From the IMG/VR virus record IMGVR_UViG_3300037067_005074, positions 96,001-160,000 of that record: a stretch of DNA of 64,000 nucleotides; one strand, written 5' to 3'. This document shows, one piece after another, positions 41,660 through 51,310 of this stretch. The notes beneath the pieces were generated by a model, which was not told the DNA's origin, did not search any database, and worked only from the letters and a program-made list of their open reading frames with translations. The translations under genes and the position numbers were made by a program. The first letter of the stretch is position 1. Every line of letters begins with the position of its first letter. The DNA is from a virus (taxonomy: Duplodnaviria > Caudoviricetes).

Positions 41660-42130
41660 TAAAAAATTAAAAACAATTATTATGACAATACGAGAAATTA
41701 TAAAAGCATATTGTGAATTAAAATTAACCAATAATATACAAGATGATGTGTTAGATTTTTTAAAAATTCGGCAATTGAATTAACAGAAAAAAATCAAATG
41801 ATTGAAAGATTTTATAAAACTTACTCTGATAGACAAAATGAAATAAGTAATCAAATAAATAAAACAGATAGTATCGAAGAACGAGGGAGTATTTTATTGA
41901 AAAAAATAAAATTGCTGAAATATTAGCTCTACTTAATACTATTCGTTAATTTTTTATTAAGTATAACGAAAAATAACAGTCGCATGTTGCAGGATTTCAA
42001 GAGGAAGAATTTATATTTGAAAATAAAACATATAAAATACAAATAGACGCATTTTGGGAAAAAGTAAGATATTTTGACATTTCGGTTAATGGAATAAATT
42101 ATAATAGAAGTGAATCTTATGAATTTTAAT

Positions 42131-42161
42131 TTTGTTTATTAAATAAAAAATATTATATTTG
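42131..42161 (+). promoter_or_regulatory. Bacteroidota-type promoter
   Basis: TTTG-N19-TATATTTG. Confidence 0.75.
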
Positions 42162-42285
42162 TAGAAATTTTAAAACTGAAAATATGAAAGAAGCTCATTT
42201 ATACTTAATAAGCAAGGGAGTTAAAACAAAATGTCAAATATTTACAGCAAGTGCTGTTGAACAAATGCTGAATGAATTTGCCTAA

Positions 42286-42468
42286 ATGCAGTTAAAAAAT
42301 AATCATATTAAATCTTATGTTATAGTGAGTAATGAATTAAAAATAGGAGACAAAATAAAGTTTCCCTCGGGGTTAAAAGCTGAAATAATATCAATAGAAG
42401 TAAAAGTATATCAGATGTTGAAATTTAATTTAAAACATTATTATTTTATAACAAAAAATAATAATTGA
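42286..42468 (+). CDS. Small cassette-type ORF
   Basis: Reads through a GTTATAG core at 42319. Confidence 0.45.
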   Translation: MQLKNNHIKSYVIVSNELKIGDKIKFPSGLKAEIISIEVKVYQMLKFNLKHYYFITKNNN

Positions 42469-42843
42469 AATACCGGAAATCAGTATGTAATCAGTAAAAA
42501 GTTTTTTAACAGATAAAAAGTACATATAAGCAATGTTTAACTATAATAATATATGTTTTTATCAAAATTTATTAATCAAATGGAAATAAAATCTTTTAAT
42601 TTAAATCATTCAATAGAATGTGAAAGAAGTGAAGTAAAGCAAGAAGACGCAGATAATAGTAAATTATATAATGAAGTTTTAGTATCTCTTTTTTCTTAAA
42701 TATTAAATATTTGTAAGGAAAATAATATAAAACGCAGAACTTAAATAGAATGATATAAACATGACAATTAGTATAAACTTTATTTTGAAATACGAATAAA
42801 ATGTTTTATATTTGTTACTATGTTTTAGTAAAAAATTAATATT

Positions 42844-43179
42844 ATGAAAAGACATAAAAAAATAATAATGAATGATGTTGAGATAGATGAAGGTATATCA
42901 GATTTAATTCAAATACTTTGGAATAATAATATTGAAACAATACAGTGTTGTGAAGGTGGTTATATAACAGATAAAGAAACAAGATTTACACATTTGAATG
43001 ATGGTTATATTGTAGATAATGCTCATATTATTTTTTTATATAAAGATTTGGATAAAATCAAAACTTTTTTACCTAACAATACTGATTATATCATAGGCGA
43101 TAAGACACAAAAAGGACACTTAGCGGAATGGTTAGGAAGTTTTGATGGTGTATGGGCAAATTTTAAGCACAACACTTAA
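42844..43179 (+). CDS. Cassette ORF, hypothetical
   Basis: EIDEGISDLIQILW...ETIQCCEG; bracketed by ~20-bp inverted ends. Confidence 0.75.
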   Translation: MKRHKKIIMNDVEIDEGISDLIQILWNNNIETIQCCEGGYITDKETRFTHLNDGYIVDNAHIIFLYKDLDKIKTFLPNNTDYIIGDKTQKGHLAEWLGSFDGVWANFKHNT

Positions 43180-43191
43180 TTTTTTATTAAA

Positions 43192-43319
43192 CATAACGGT
43201 TGCAGGTATGTTTAGTGCTTGATTTAGAAGTATAAACAATCAAAATACAAATAAGGATGAAAAAAACAGAAAACTCAAAACAAGCAGAAACACAGGTATT
43301 AAATATACCTGTTATTATG
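43192..43319 (+). repeat. attC-like hairpin A
   Basis: CATAAC-GG-TTG-CAGGTATGTTTAGTGC ... GTATTAAATATACCTG-TT-ATTATG. Confidence 0.75.
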
Positions 43320-43451
43320 CCAAGTATTGTTAGGAAGGGTTTCGTTCAATGTATGGATGGAATGACTTCTTTGATTAATACCCAAAGTGATGAAATGATT
43401 AAAGTTAATTTTAAAGATAGAGAAACCCAATTGAAATATTTAATTAAATGA
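43257..43451 (+). CDS. Small ORF starting inside hairpin A
   Basis: N-terminus (..QVLNIPVIMPS) is encoded by the hairpin loop and right arm. Confidence 0.55.
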   Translation: MKKTENSKQAETQVLNIPVIMPSIVRKGFVQCMDGMTSLINTQSDEMIKVNFKDRETQLKYLIK

Positions 43452-43732
43452 GAAAAAGTGATATAGTATTATTAGCTTTAATTATATCAGGGAATATTGA
43501 TATTGATGTTATTAGTATAGAATACAAATTAAAATATTATATTCTAAAATACAAAGTTTCAGATGAAATATATAGTTTTACAATAAGTAGAGCTAATGGA
43601 AGCATAAATTTTAATCTTTATAATGAAACGCTTGAAAAAAATATAATTCAATTTGGGCATGAAAAAGCTATTGATTTTATAAAAGAAAAATATGATATAA
43701 AAAATATTATTAAAATTGGATTTATTGATTAA
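43448..43732 (+). CDS. Cassette ORF, hypothetical
   Basis: Stop lies directly before CCATAAC of hairpin B. Confidence 0.65.
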   Translation: MRKSDIVLLALIISGNIDIDVISIEYKLKYYILKYKVSDEIYSFTISRANGSINFNLYNETLEKNIIQFGHEKAIDFIKEKYDIKNIIKIGFID

Positions 43733-43734
43733 CC

Positions 43735-43853
43735 ATAACGGTTGCAAATATAAAACGTTTATTAAACTAAACCTAAATTGAAAAACACAACATAAATAAA
43801 AACACAACAATAAATTTGAAACACTGAAATAAATGTTTTATATTTGTTGTTAT
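43735..43853 (+). repeat. attC-like hairpin B with embedded promoter
   Basis: ATAAC-GG-TTG-CAAATATAAAACGTTTATT ... AATAAATGTTTTATATTTG-TT-GTTAT. Confidence 0.8.
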
Positions 43854-43953
43854 AAAATAGTAAACGACTAATTTAACATTTACTCCGATGTAATTGCAAG
43901 ATGGTAATTACATTCACAAAAGGAAATAAGTATGAACACTGGTCGTTTATTTT

Positions 43954-44011
43954 TTATAACTATTATATATAAAAATCAACAGTTAAATAATTGAATATAT
44001 AATAGTTATAA
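43954..44011 (+). repeat. Terminal short TAAC...GTTA hairpin D
   Basis: TTATAACTATTATATAT/ATATATAATAGTTATAA, 17-bp perfect stem. Confidence 0.75.
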
Positions 44012-44053
44012 TACAATTTTTTAAAGATTTAATTTTAAAATATAAAATAATTT

Positions 44054-44917
44054 ATGATAAAAACAATTGGATTAAATGAATCTGAAATTACGAAATTATT
44101 AGATTCGTGTTATAAATTTAAACCTGAAGATTTAATTATTTCAGAGTTAAAATGGAAGACAATAATTTACACTATTTTAACAGGAGGAAATCTTTTAATT
44201 ACAGGAGAATCTGGAAGTGGTAAAACAAAAACAATTTTATCTCTTTTAAATCTATTAGATAGAAAGTTATTTAATATTCCTCTTGGTGCATCTCAAGACC
44301 CGATTTCATCTATTATTGGAAATACTCATTTCAATTCTACAGATGGAACATTCTTTAATAAATCTTATTTTGTTAATAGTATTCAAGAAGAAAATGCTAT
44401 TATATTATTAGATGAAATTACAAGACCAAATAAAGAAGTTTGGAATGTTTTAATGAGTGTATTAGATGAAGAACAAAGATTTTTAAGAGTAGATGATGAT
44501 ATTAATACTCCTGAAATTAAAGTTGGAAATGGTGTTTGTTTTCTTGCTACTGCTAATATTGGAAAAGCATATACTTCTACTAAAATATTGGATAAAGCAT
44601 TTAAAGAACGTTTCACAGTTATTGAAATGGATTTACTTAATAAGGAACAAGAAACAAAACTTCAAATGCAATTATATCCTGAATTAGATTTTAAAATTAT
44701 TAATGATATATGTTCACTTGCTTGTCTTACAAGAGAAGAAAATGATGATATTGAAATTAGTAGAAAAATAAGTACAAAAGATGTTAAAAGATTTCTACAT
44801 AAAATCAAATTTAATTTTACTTTTGTAGAAGCATTTCAAATAGAAATTCTGAGTAAGTATGATAATTCAGAAGAAATAAACTTTTTAAAACAATTACTCG
44901 ATTCTTATAATTATTAA
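44054..44917 (+). CDS. MoxR/CbbQ-like AAA+ ATPase
   Basis: GESGSGKT, LLDEITR, ATANIG, LDKAFKERF. Confidence 0.9.
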   Translation: MIKTIGLNESEITKLLDSCYKFKPEDLIISELKWKTIIYTILTGGNLLITGESGSGKTKTILSLLNLLDRKLFNIPLGASQDPISSIIGNTHFNSTDGTFFNKSYFVNSIQEENAIILLDEITRPNKEVWNVLMSVLDEEQRFLRVDDDINTPEIKVGNGVCFLATANIGKAYTSTKILDKAFKERFTVIEMDLLNKEQETKLQMQLYPELDFKIINDICSLACLTREENDDIEISRKISTKDVKRFLHKIKFNFTFVEAFQIEILSKYDNSEEINFLKQLLDSYNY

Positions 44918-44921
44918 AATT

Positions 44922-45164
44922 ATGAACAATAAAATATCAATAAGAGGAAATAAATGGGAAGATGGAATATTAATTAGTACAACTTACATTTATAATGACA
45001 AATTAGTAGAAGGACATATTCAAGAATTAAATAATGAAGAAATATCAGAATTAATCGAAGTATTAAAAATCTATCAACTTAAATACATTAATTGTTCAGA
45101 AAAAAGAACATCTAAAAAAGGACATTTAATTTTGGATTTAAATAAAAAAGAAAATATATTATAA
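44922..45164 (+). CDS. Hypothetical protein
   Basis: ORF track. Confidence 0.6.
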   Translation: MNNKISIRGNKWEDGILISTTYIYNDKLVEGHIQELNNEEISELIEVLKIYQLKYINCSEKRTSKKGHLILDLNKKENIL

Positions 45165-45194
45165 TTTAAAATTTATTTAATATAAAAAATAATT

Positions 45195-45882
45195 ATGAAT
45201 AAAATTAATGATTTAATAATTGAACTTCTTGATTTATCTAATTTTGATAATATTTATTCCGCAGAAGATATGCAAAATAATTTAGAAGAAATAAATGAAA
45301 AATTACAAACATATTTATCTGATATTAATATGGATTTTAAATCTGTTCCTAATATTAGAAAAATAGAAGAACATTTAATAGATGAAGCAATATCAGATAT
45401 TGTTTTAATAGTTAATTGCAATGACAAAAAAGATGATTATAAAATTGCAAAAGAACTTATTAAATCTCAATTTGTGATAATCAATAATGGTGATTTATTT
45501 TTAGAAGAATGGGAAGATAATAAAGAAATTCAAAAAGAAATAGATAAAAGAGTAAAACCTAAAGATTTGTGCTTTTACCCAAGTTAATTATACTTTAAAG
45601 AAAAACAATGAACCAATTATAGAAAAAATTGTAGAAAAAATTGAAATTCCAATTGATGAAATCTGGGATGTTGCCGTTGAAAAAGGTAGAGAATTATCAT
45701 GTGAATTAATAAACGAACCACATGAAAGAAATGTTGTTGGTGGAGAAGTAGAAGATGAAATCGAATATAATGGATTAAAATATAAAATAATTGTTAATAC
45801 ATATTGGGAGAAATCTATTTATTATGATTTAACAGTAATTGGAGAAAATTATCATAAACATGAAAATTGTATAGATTTGTAA
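45195..45882 (+). CDS. Hypothetical protein, probably extending past an apparent +1 frameshift at about 45575
   Basis: TGC TTT T ACC CAA GTT... opens a frame to 45882, filling an unannotated gap. Confidence 0.5.
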
Positions 45883-45892
45883 AAACAAATAA

Positions 45893-47689
45893 ATGAAAAA
45901 TGAACTAAGTCAATTTTGGTTAAGTAAGAATTTCGATTTTAATTCTAAAAATGTATTTCATCTTTTTTACATTAAGAAGAGTATAAATAATTTTATTAGA
46001 ATTTTAACTAAAAAGAAATATAAATTAGGGTATAAAATATATCCGACACCAAAAGATTATATAGAAGATTCTGAATTCTATATTTCTACAAATATTCCAA
46101 ATGTAGATGTTCTTCTTGGACAAATGTTTTATAAAGTAGCAAGACACGAATCAGTTATTAATTTTGATAATTGGTATGATTTAATTCCAGAATACATTAA
46201 ACAAAATGTCTTAATAAAACATAAAATAAAAAGAGATGAGTTACAGTCATATTTAGAAGATAAAATATTAACTCTTATAAATGTATTTCTTAAAACTAAT
46301 GCTATTATTTATATTTCTAATAATGCAGAAGGATTTATAAAATATATTAAATCTTATTTTGACAATCTTTCCGATTCTAAAAGATATGAAGGATTAAAAT
46401 CTAAATGTAATAATCAAATCTTTATTAATAATAATTGGGATTCTTATTTTTATTATATTCTTAATATTGACAAGAAAATAGATTTTAAACATGAAATAAT
46501 TGTAAAATTAAAACATGAATGTGAATTACTTACTAAACTTAATCAATTATTAACTAAGGAATTTATAATAGAACGAGTATCAGAATATTTTGAATTATTA
46601 GATAAAAATTCAGATGATTCTATTAATGATTATGATATTTTAACAGAACCAGAAGAATCTAAATTAAATAAAACATTTGAAGAATTAAAGAACTCTCTTT
46701 ATAATGAATATGGAATAATTGGAGGAATAACACCAAAAGAATTTACCAAATTAAAAACTATTGATGTAAATAATGTTAATCATAAATCATTTAAAAGTAA
46801 TTTCAATAATGAAGAAATATCAATACTTGAAATTGATAACTTTAATATGGATTTAATTACTTATGATATGTTTAAATTGTTTGAAATTAAAAAGAATGTT
46901 ATTAATTATAATAGAGATTATCTTGTAACTAAAGGTATCTCTTTAGGTAAAAAACTATTAAATCAACTTAAATATCGAGACGAAATAACTTCAGACAAAA
47001 TAACTCATCTAAAGTCTGGTAAAATAGACAGAAATAAGATATATCAATTAGGAATGGATAAATTTGATATATTCTATAACATTGATATTACTGAGAATGA
47101 AAATAAGACTATTTATATTTCTTATGATGCAAGTAAATCGATGAATAATGAAAAATGGGATAATAGTCAAATATTCTTAATAGGATTGATTTATGCAATA
47201 TCTAATATTAGTTCCCTTAATATTAAAGTATTTTATAGAATGACAACTATTGTTTCTAATGGAACTGAAAAAGAAATACTTCCAGTTTTATTAAAGGTAT
47301 ATGATTCAGAAACAGATAAATTTAATAAAGTAAAATTGTTATTTCCTTATCTTAAACCAAATGGAGGTAGTCCGGAAGGAATATTACATGAACTTCTTAA
47401 AAAGAAAATTGCTAAAGAAACAAATGAAAGTATAATGATTAATATTAGTGATGGTAAACCAAATTATTATAATCATGGATTAATTTATACAAATGAAGAA
47501 GCAATACTTCATACCAAAAAACAAATTGATAATATGAAACAAAATGGAGTTCAAATCATTTCATATTTTATTGGAGATAAACTTGACTTTGAATCAAATA
47601 AGAAGATGTACGGAAAGAAAAACAGTTTTTATATTGAACTTGATAAAATTGTAAAACTCGGTGATAGTTTAAATGAATTAGCATTTTAA
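45893..47689 (+). CDS. VWA-domain protein (CobT/NorD-like partner of the AAA ATPase)
   Basis: SGKID, YDASKSM, GGSPEG, NISDGKP. Confidence 0.8.
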   Translation: MKNELSQFWLSKNFDFNSKNVFHLFYIKKSINNFIRILTKKKYKLGYKIYPTPKDYIEDSEFYISTNIPNVDVLLGQMFYKVARHESVINFDNWYDLIPEYIKQNVLIKHKIKRDELQSYLEDKILTLINVFLKTNAIIYISNNAEGFIKYIKSYFDNLSDSKRYEGLKSKCNNQIFINNNWDSYFYYILNIDKKIDFKHEIIVKLKHECELLTKLNQLLTKEFIIERVSEYFELLDKNSDDSINDYDILTEPEESKLNKTFEELKNSLYNEYGIIGGITPKEFTKLKTIDVNNVNHKSFKSNFNNEEISILEIDNFNMDLITYDMFKLFEIKKNVINYNRDYLVTKGISLGKKLLNQLKYRDEITSDKITHLKSGKIDRNKIYQLGMDKFDIFYNIDITENENKTIYISYDASKSMNNEKWDNSQIFLIGLIYAISNISSLNIKVFYRMTTIVSNGTEKEILPVLLKVYDSETDKFNKVKLLFPYLKPNGGSPEGILHELLKKKIAKETNESIMINISDGKPNYYNHGLIYTNEEAILHTKKQIDNMKQNGVQIISYFIGDKLDFESNKKMYGKKNSFYIELDKIVKLGDSLNELAF

Positions 47690-47701
47690 TAAATTAAACG
47701 T

Positions 47702-48136
47702 ATGAAAGTAGAAATAAGATTAGGAGTAATATCGGAAAATACTAAAAGAGTAAGTCTTAATGATAGTAATGTATTTTTTGATGATATAATAAAACAAAAA
47801 CAAAATATATATGATTTTTTATATAAATCATTAGAGTTAAAAATATATGGAGAATCTTTAATAATTGAAAATATTAATCATTTTTCTTTATATCTATTAA
47901 ATAATTGTTTTATGAGATATGTAGTTAATAATAATTTGGATAAAGATTTTACTGAAAATTATATTCCTATTATTAATCCAGAAAACATTAAAGTTGTAGA
48001 AATAGATGAAGGAATAAATATAAATGAAATATGTATTCAAGATGAGGAAGGACTTATTGCTAATAATTGGTTTGATAGATTTATATTGAATATAATGGAT
48101 GATTATTATTCACTTTTAAATTATTATGAAAAATAA
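47702..48136 (+). CDS. Hypothetical protein
   Basis: ORF track. Confidence 0.65.
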   Translation: MKVEIRLGVISENTKRVSLNDSNVFFDDIIKQKQNIYDFLYKSLELKIYGESLIIENINHFSLYLLNNCFMRYVVNNNLDKDFTENYIPIINPENIKVVEIDEGININEICIQDEEGLIANNWFDRFILNIMDDYYSLLNYYEK

Positions 48137-48203
48137 AAGAACATTGATTTAGATAAACAGATAGACAAATCAAATTAAAAAACAAAATAAATAATTCGAT
48201 AAT

Positions 48204-48237
48204 TAAAACTCATATAATTAATTTTATATGAGTTTTT
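48204..48237. terminator. Bidirectional terminator
   Basis: AAAACTCATATAA/TTATATGAGTTTT. Confidence 0.7.
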
Positions 48238-49633
48238 AATATATAAATAATTCGATAACATCATCTTTCTTAATCTTGTTATAATCAACTCTAATATTAT
48301 TTATTAAATCAACAGACATTCCAATATAATTATCATTTAATTTATTTGCAAATTTTAAGATATATTCTTTTATATTATTACTATTTAATTCTAAGAATAA
48401 TTTATTGAAATCTACATTTTTATTCTTAGGATAAATATAAAATCCATTAATAATAATATCAGTATAATTATCAGGAATATAAAATATAGAATTATTAGAA
48501 TTTAAAAATGAATCACATATAATCTTGTCTTTTAAATTTAAATAATTAGTTAATGTTTGTCTATCATATTTATAATTTGTTATTTTTTCATCTTTTAAAA
48601 AATTATAAAATAATGGATAATATTGCTCAATATAACTTAGTTGCATTAATCGATATATTCCATTTATTATATGATACGGAAATAATAATTTAACTTTTCT
48701 ATTTTTTGATTTATTGCATTCTCTTAATAATTCTGGTTCTATTTCATATTTCTTATTATTATAAATAATAAAATTTGTATTTTTAATTGACTGAATAAAT
48801 AGTTTATTATTGTTCGTTCTTAAAATATAAGTTATTGTACAAATATCTGTTAATTTAGTTAAAGATTTATCAAAATATTCTGTTTTATAAAAACTATTAA
48901 TATATTCCAAATTATTGTTATTTTGCTTATTTGCTAATAATATTAATGTTGCAATATCTGCATTATTAAATATTTTTTCATTTTTAAAATCGATTATATC
49001 TTTTATATATAAATTAGTTTGAAAAAACAATTTCATTTTAGTATAAATAGAAGAAAATAATGTTCTTGGAATTATATATCCTATTTCTCCTGATTGTTTT
49101 AATAATAAAAATGCCAATTCAATAAAACAAACAAAAATATTGTTCTGAATATTTCCTTTACTCCATTCCCATTCTAACAAATATTTTTTATTTTCTTTAT
49201 CTAAATTTTTATATAAAATATAAGGAGGATTACCAACAACAAAATCAAAATAATTCTTATATTCAATTATATTTTCTTTATTAATAGAATTTAAAACTTT
49301 AATATTCTTCCATTCTATTTTATTCATTCTTAATTTAGAAAGAAATAAATTTAATCTTATTTTAGTTGCTTCTATATTTCTTTCATCGATATCCCAACCA
49401 TAAACATTTTTATTTAATAATTCTTCAATATTCTGAATATTATTATTTCTGCAATCTTTTATGATTCTTTTAACTATTTCAATTAAAAAGTTTCCATTCC
49501 CACAACTCGGTTCTAATATCTTTTTATTATAAATATTAATAGTGAAATTAACCTTATTTAGAATTAATTTCACTATTCTTTTATTTGTGAAAACTTGACC
49601 AAGATATTTACTATCTAATTTATAATTCTTCAT
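48236..49633 (-). CDS. N6-adenine DNA methyltransferase (Eco57I/TaqI-like, gamma order); no cognate nuclease adjacent
   Basis: GQVFT, LEPSCGNGNFL, VVGNPPY. Confidence 0.9.
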   Translation of the reverse strand: MKNYKLDSKYLGQVFTNKRIVKLILNKVNFTINIYNKKILEPSCGNGNFLIEIVKRIIKDCRNNNIQNIEELLNKNVYGWDIDERNIEATKIRLNLFLSKLRMNKIEWKNIKVLNSINKENIIEYKNYFDFVVGNPPYILYKNLDKENKKYLLEWEWSKGNIQNNIFVCFIELAFLLLKQSGEIGYIIPRTLFSSIYTKMKLFFQTNLYIKDIIDFKNEKIFNNADIATLILLANKQNNNNLEYINSFYKTEYFDKSLTKLTDICTITYILRTNNNKLFIQSIKNTNFIIYNNKKYEIEPELLRECNKSKNRKVKLLFPYHIINGIYRLMQLSYIEQYYPLFYNFLKDEKITNYKYDRQTLTNYLNLKDKIICDSFLNSNNSIFYIPDNYTDIIINGFYIYPKNKNVDFNKLFLELNSNNIKEYILKFANKLNDNYIGMSVDLINNIRVDYNKIKKDDVIELFIY

Positions 49634-49862
49634 TATTCTTTATATATTCAAATAAAGTAGTTAGTGATTTAATTTCATCTTCTGGTTTAGTACTTGTTTC
49701 ATTCCAAGAACTTCCAAATTGAACTCCTTCTATCTTTCCAAGTAAATAAAACAACTTAGTCATCTTATTTAATTCATATTCTGATAATTGAGTTTGACGA
49801 GTATAATTATCAGTATTTATTTTTTCTAATAATTCTGATTTTAATTGATTGAAAGTTTGCAT
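49620..49862 (-). CDS. Hypothetical protein
   Basis: Operon context. Confidence 0.6.
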   Translation of the reverse strand: MQTFNQLKSELLEKINTDNYTRQTQLSEYELNKMTKLFYLLGKIEGVQFGSSWNETSTKPEDEIKSLTTLFEYIKNNEEL

Positions 49863-49864
49863 AA

Positions 49865-50092
49865 TTATTTAGTATTAATAAAATTAAGTTCATTTAAATC
49901 ACTTACATTGATTATATTTCCAGTTTCATCTACATTGCCTGTTTTTCTACTTGATATTCCTATTGTCATTCCTGTATTTAGTTTTAATAATACTTTTTTA
50001 GCTTCATCATTATCTAAAAAATCAATTGTTTTGCCTTCATCATAAGTATATCCAATTATAATACCATTTGATTCTACTTTAACTTTATTCAT
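49865..50092 (-). CDS. Hypothetical protein
   Basis: Operon context. Confidence 0.6.
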   Translation of the reverse strand: MNKVKVESNGIIIGYTYDEGKTIDFLDNDEAKKVLLKLNTGMTIGISSRKTGNVDETGNIINVSDLNELNFINTK

Positions 50093-50096
50093 AGTT

Positions 50097-50369
50097 TTAT
50101 TGTTTTAATGTATTTAATAATTCTTTAAATTCTTTTTCTTTAATTCCGAATAATGATAAATCGGTATTTTCTAATGTTGAAAGAAGAAATTCAATTGTTT
50201 CATTATTTATTCTTAATATTTTAAAAGTTACTTCCTCACATCTATTATCTCTAAATGCAAGAACATAATAATCATCTTTTAAATAATCTTTAATTTGTGA
50301 TAACTGATATTCTATATGATTTAAATTTGGAGTATCAAATGGTACTCTTATTGTAAAAATTGCTTTCAT
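50097..50369 (-). CDS. Hypothetical protein
   Basis: Operon context. Confidence 0.6.
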   Translation of the reverse strand: MKAIFTIRVPFDTPNLNHIEYQLSQIKDYLKDDYYVLAFRDNRCEEVTFKILRINNETIEFLLSTLENTDLSLFGIKEKEFKELLNTLKQ

Positions 50370-50374
50370 ATTTT

Positions 50375-50806
50375 TTATTTTATATATTCAATTTCATTTG
50401 CACTCATAATCTCTTTTAAATTTTGTTTTCTATATGATTTGATTATTTCTTTCCATTTTGGTTTATTCTTCCAATGTCCAAGAATATCAATTTCATCATC
50501 CCATTCAATATGACTTTCTATTCCTTTAACTTCTGTACAAACTCTATAATTCTTAACATATTCATTTGAAATCAATTCTGAATGTCTATCATTATTCCAT
50601 CGAACATAATTAAATCCTATTGCTTGGTCAGCTATAAAACTACCTAAATAAATTGCGATAATTGGCTTTGATATTTTATATGTATAATGATTGTCTATGT
50701 ATTTGTCTCTTTCATATTTTTGAAATAAAAGATAATCTCCAAACTCTAAATTATCTTCATCTAAAAATCTATTTATTTTTCTAATTTTATAAGTGAAAAT
50801 AAACAA
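50375..50806 (-). CDS. Hypothetical protein (start uncertain)
   Basis: Operon context; overlaps the upstream gene. Confidence 0.55.
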   Translation of the reverse strand: MFIFTYKIRKINRFLDEDNLEFGDYLLFQKYERDKYIDNHYTYKISKPIIAIYLGSFIADQAIGFNYVRWNNDRHSELISNEYVKNYRVCTEVKGIESHIEWDDEIDILGHWKNKPKWKEIIKSYRKQNLKEIMSANEIEYIK

Positions 50807-51300
50807 TAATTAATTATATCAAAATAATTTGAATTTATTCCTTCTGAACTAATCACTTCTCCTTTATCTTCTATTTGTTTGATTCTACTCAACTTTACCA
50901 ACATTATATCAGTTATAGATGATATTCTCATCCTTTTCCATGAATCCGAATAATCATGATTCTTTTTATTTAATAATTCAATACTTTCATCTAAAAAATC
51001 ATTATACATATCTTCTATCTTTTCAAATGAAACGGAATCAATATCATCAAAATCTTTATATATAATAGATTGAATTAGATACATTAAAGAATAATTTATA
51101 ATTCCAATATAATCATATTTAATGTTATCTTCTATCTTCTGTTCTTTATTTATTTCTATTGATTTGATTCTTTCTAATTTAATCAATATCTGGTCTGTTA
51201 GAGATGTCAGTCTAAACAATCTCCATGATAAACCATAATCTTTATATTTGTTTTGAAAGATTGTTTTACATTCAGATACTATACTTTCTATTTCTTTCAT
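50773..51300 (-). CDS. Tandem DUF1599 (nucleotide-modification-associated) protein
   Basis: Two repeats: K..DYG.SWR...SLTDQI.IK..RI...IINY and KNHDY.DSW...SITD...KL.RIKQIE...DIINY. Confidence 0.85.
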   Translation of the reverse strand: MKEIESIVSECKTIFQNKYKDYGLSWRLFRLTSLTDQILIKLERIKSIEINKEQKIEDNIKYDYIGIINYSLMYLIQSIIYKDFDDIDSVSFEKIEDMYNDFLDESIELLNKKNHDYSDSWKRMRISSITDIMLVKLSRIKQIEDKGEVISSEGINSNYFDIINYCLFSLIKLEK

Positions 51301-51310
51301 TCTGTTTAAT

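Larger units (their letters stand above)
41650..44011 (+). mobile_element. Integron-like (attC-like) cassette array without an integrase; decayed on the left
   Basis: TAAC...GTTA hairpins at 43192-43319, 43735-43853 and 43954-44011; degenerate units at about 41946, 42319 and 42720-42822; complementary cassette ends. Confidence 0.7.

Noticed and set aside
41650-44011. CRISPR array, or an array linked to the TnpB/Cas12-like genes
   Set aside because: No identical direct repeats with uniform spacers here or beside any tnpB; the units are hairpins conserved in structure.
48236-49633. Complete restriction-modification system
   Set aside because: No recognisable endonuclease is adjacent; treated as an orphan methyltransferase.
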